This document shows, piece after piece, positions 63,241-64,000 of a stretch of 64,000 nucleotides of DNA (its first letter is position 1; each line of letters opens with the position of its first letter). Origin of the DNA: Octopus sinensis (lineage: Eukaryota); assembly GCF_006345805.1 (NCBI RefSeq), contig NC_042998.1, positions 177,258,001 to 177,322,000 of the forward strand. Reading direction: 5' to 3'. The notes under the pieces are model-generated. The model was not told the DNA's origin. It ran no database searches and saw nothing but the letters and a program-made list of their open reading frames with translations. Made by a program: the position numbers and the translations under genes.

Positions 63241-64000
63241 ATATAACGGATATATATATATATATATATATTTTATTTATGTTTATGTTTTCCAGTTTCA
63301 GCTCTTGAGCTGTGGCCATATATATATATATATATATATACATGCACGCGATTTTTATTTGTGAATTAAATCCTTAAATTCTTAAAAATGTTTTAGCCCG
63401 ATGGTTTTTCATCTGGATAAAGTTAGACAATCTTTCATAAGTTCTGCTCAAGAATGTTGCTAATTACCTCCATTTTGCATAAGGTAAGCATGGTAATCCC
63501 ACCAAAACTGATGGCATTTTTACCACATAAAACCTTTGGTAGCACTGAGGCTAATTCGATGGTTTGGGTTTATTTGACTGTCTTGTACAATTGTTGTTTC
63601 TTTAGAACTTTGAATTTCGTGAAAACTGTGCTTACAGAAGAAAAAAATGAAGAAAGGGGTAAAGATCTCAGGTGAAATATATTCGTGGGTCCTGTGTTAA
63701 TAAGGGAATCTGTAAATTAGAAAGAAAAACAAGCAAAAACGCTAAGTAAATTTCTTCAATTCTTATTTACATTGGAAAATTGTATAGATCGTCCTAATAT
63801 AGTAACCCTCTTATACTTCGAACAATGTTGATAATTAATGATTAGATTTTGAAAATCAAGTTTGCTCTGTTATTTCATTTAATTTTCCTGTACATCAGTT
63901 ATTTATATATAACTTTTGAAAGACTTAACTTTGACTTAAATTCACCGAAGATATAAATTACAGATGAGAAAAAATTCCTAACAATGCAGAATTTTGAACT

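Overview
Eukaryotic, AT-rich, repeat-saturated window. The dense (TA)n/(CA)n/(GATA)n/(AAT)n microsatellites and four abundant tRNA-derived SINE families look like an Octopus genome (inferred from the repeat landscape, not database-checked). Almost all listed ORFs are microsatellite or SINE translations. Real coding signal is limited to fossil transposons (mariner, Chapaev3-type, RTE, RTE-X, an RLE-type LINE, a LINE ORF1) and a few phase-compatible candidate exons of a minus-strand host gene (52259-52396, 5527-5685, 1554-1631). The standout is 47035-49625: a tandem and fold-back array of a ~360-nt non-coding unit. Each unit carries a type I hammerhead-ribozyme fold with a compensatory U3-A8 core and a palindromic (dimer-type) stem III, i.e. 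a candidate retrozyme / Penelope-pLTR system sitting in (TA)n tracts. A second, unrelated minimal hammerhead-like repeat family occurs four times. An RTE with a twin-priming-type 5' inversion is nested in a hAT MITE.
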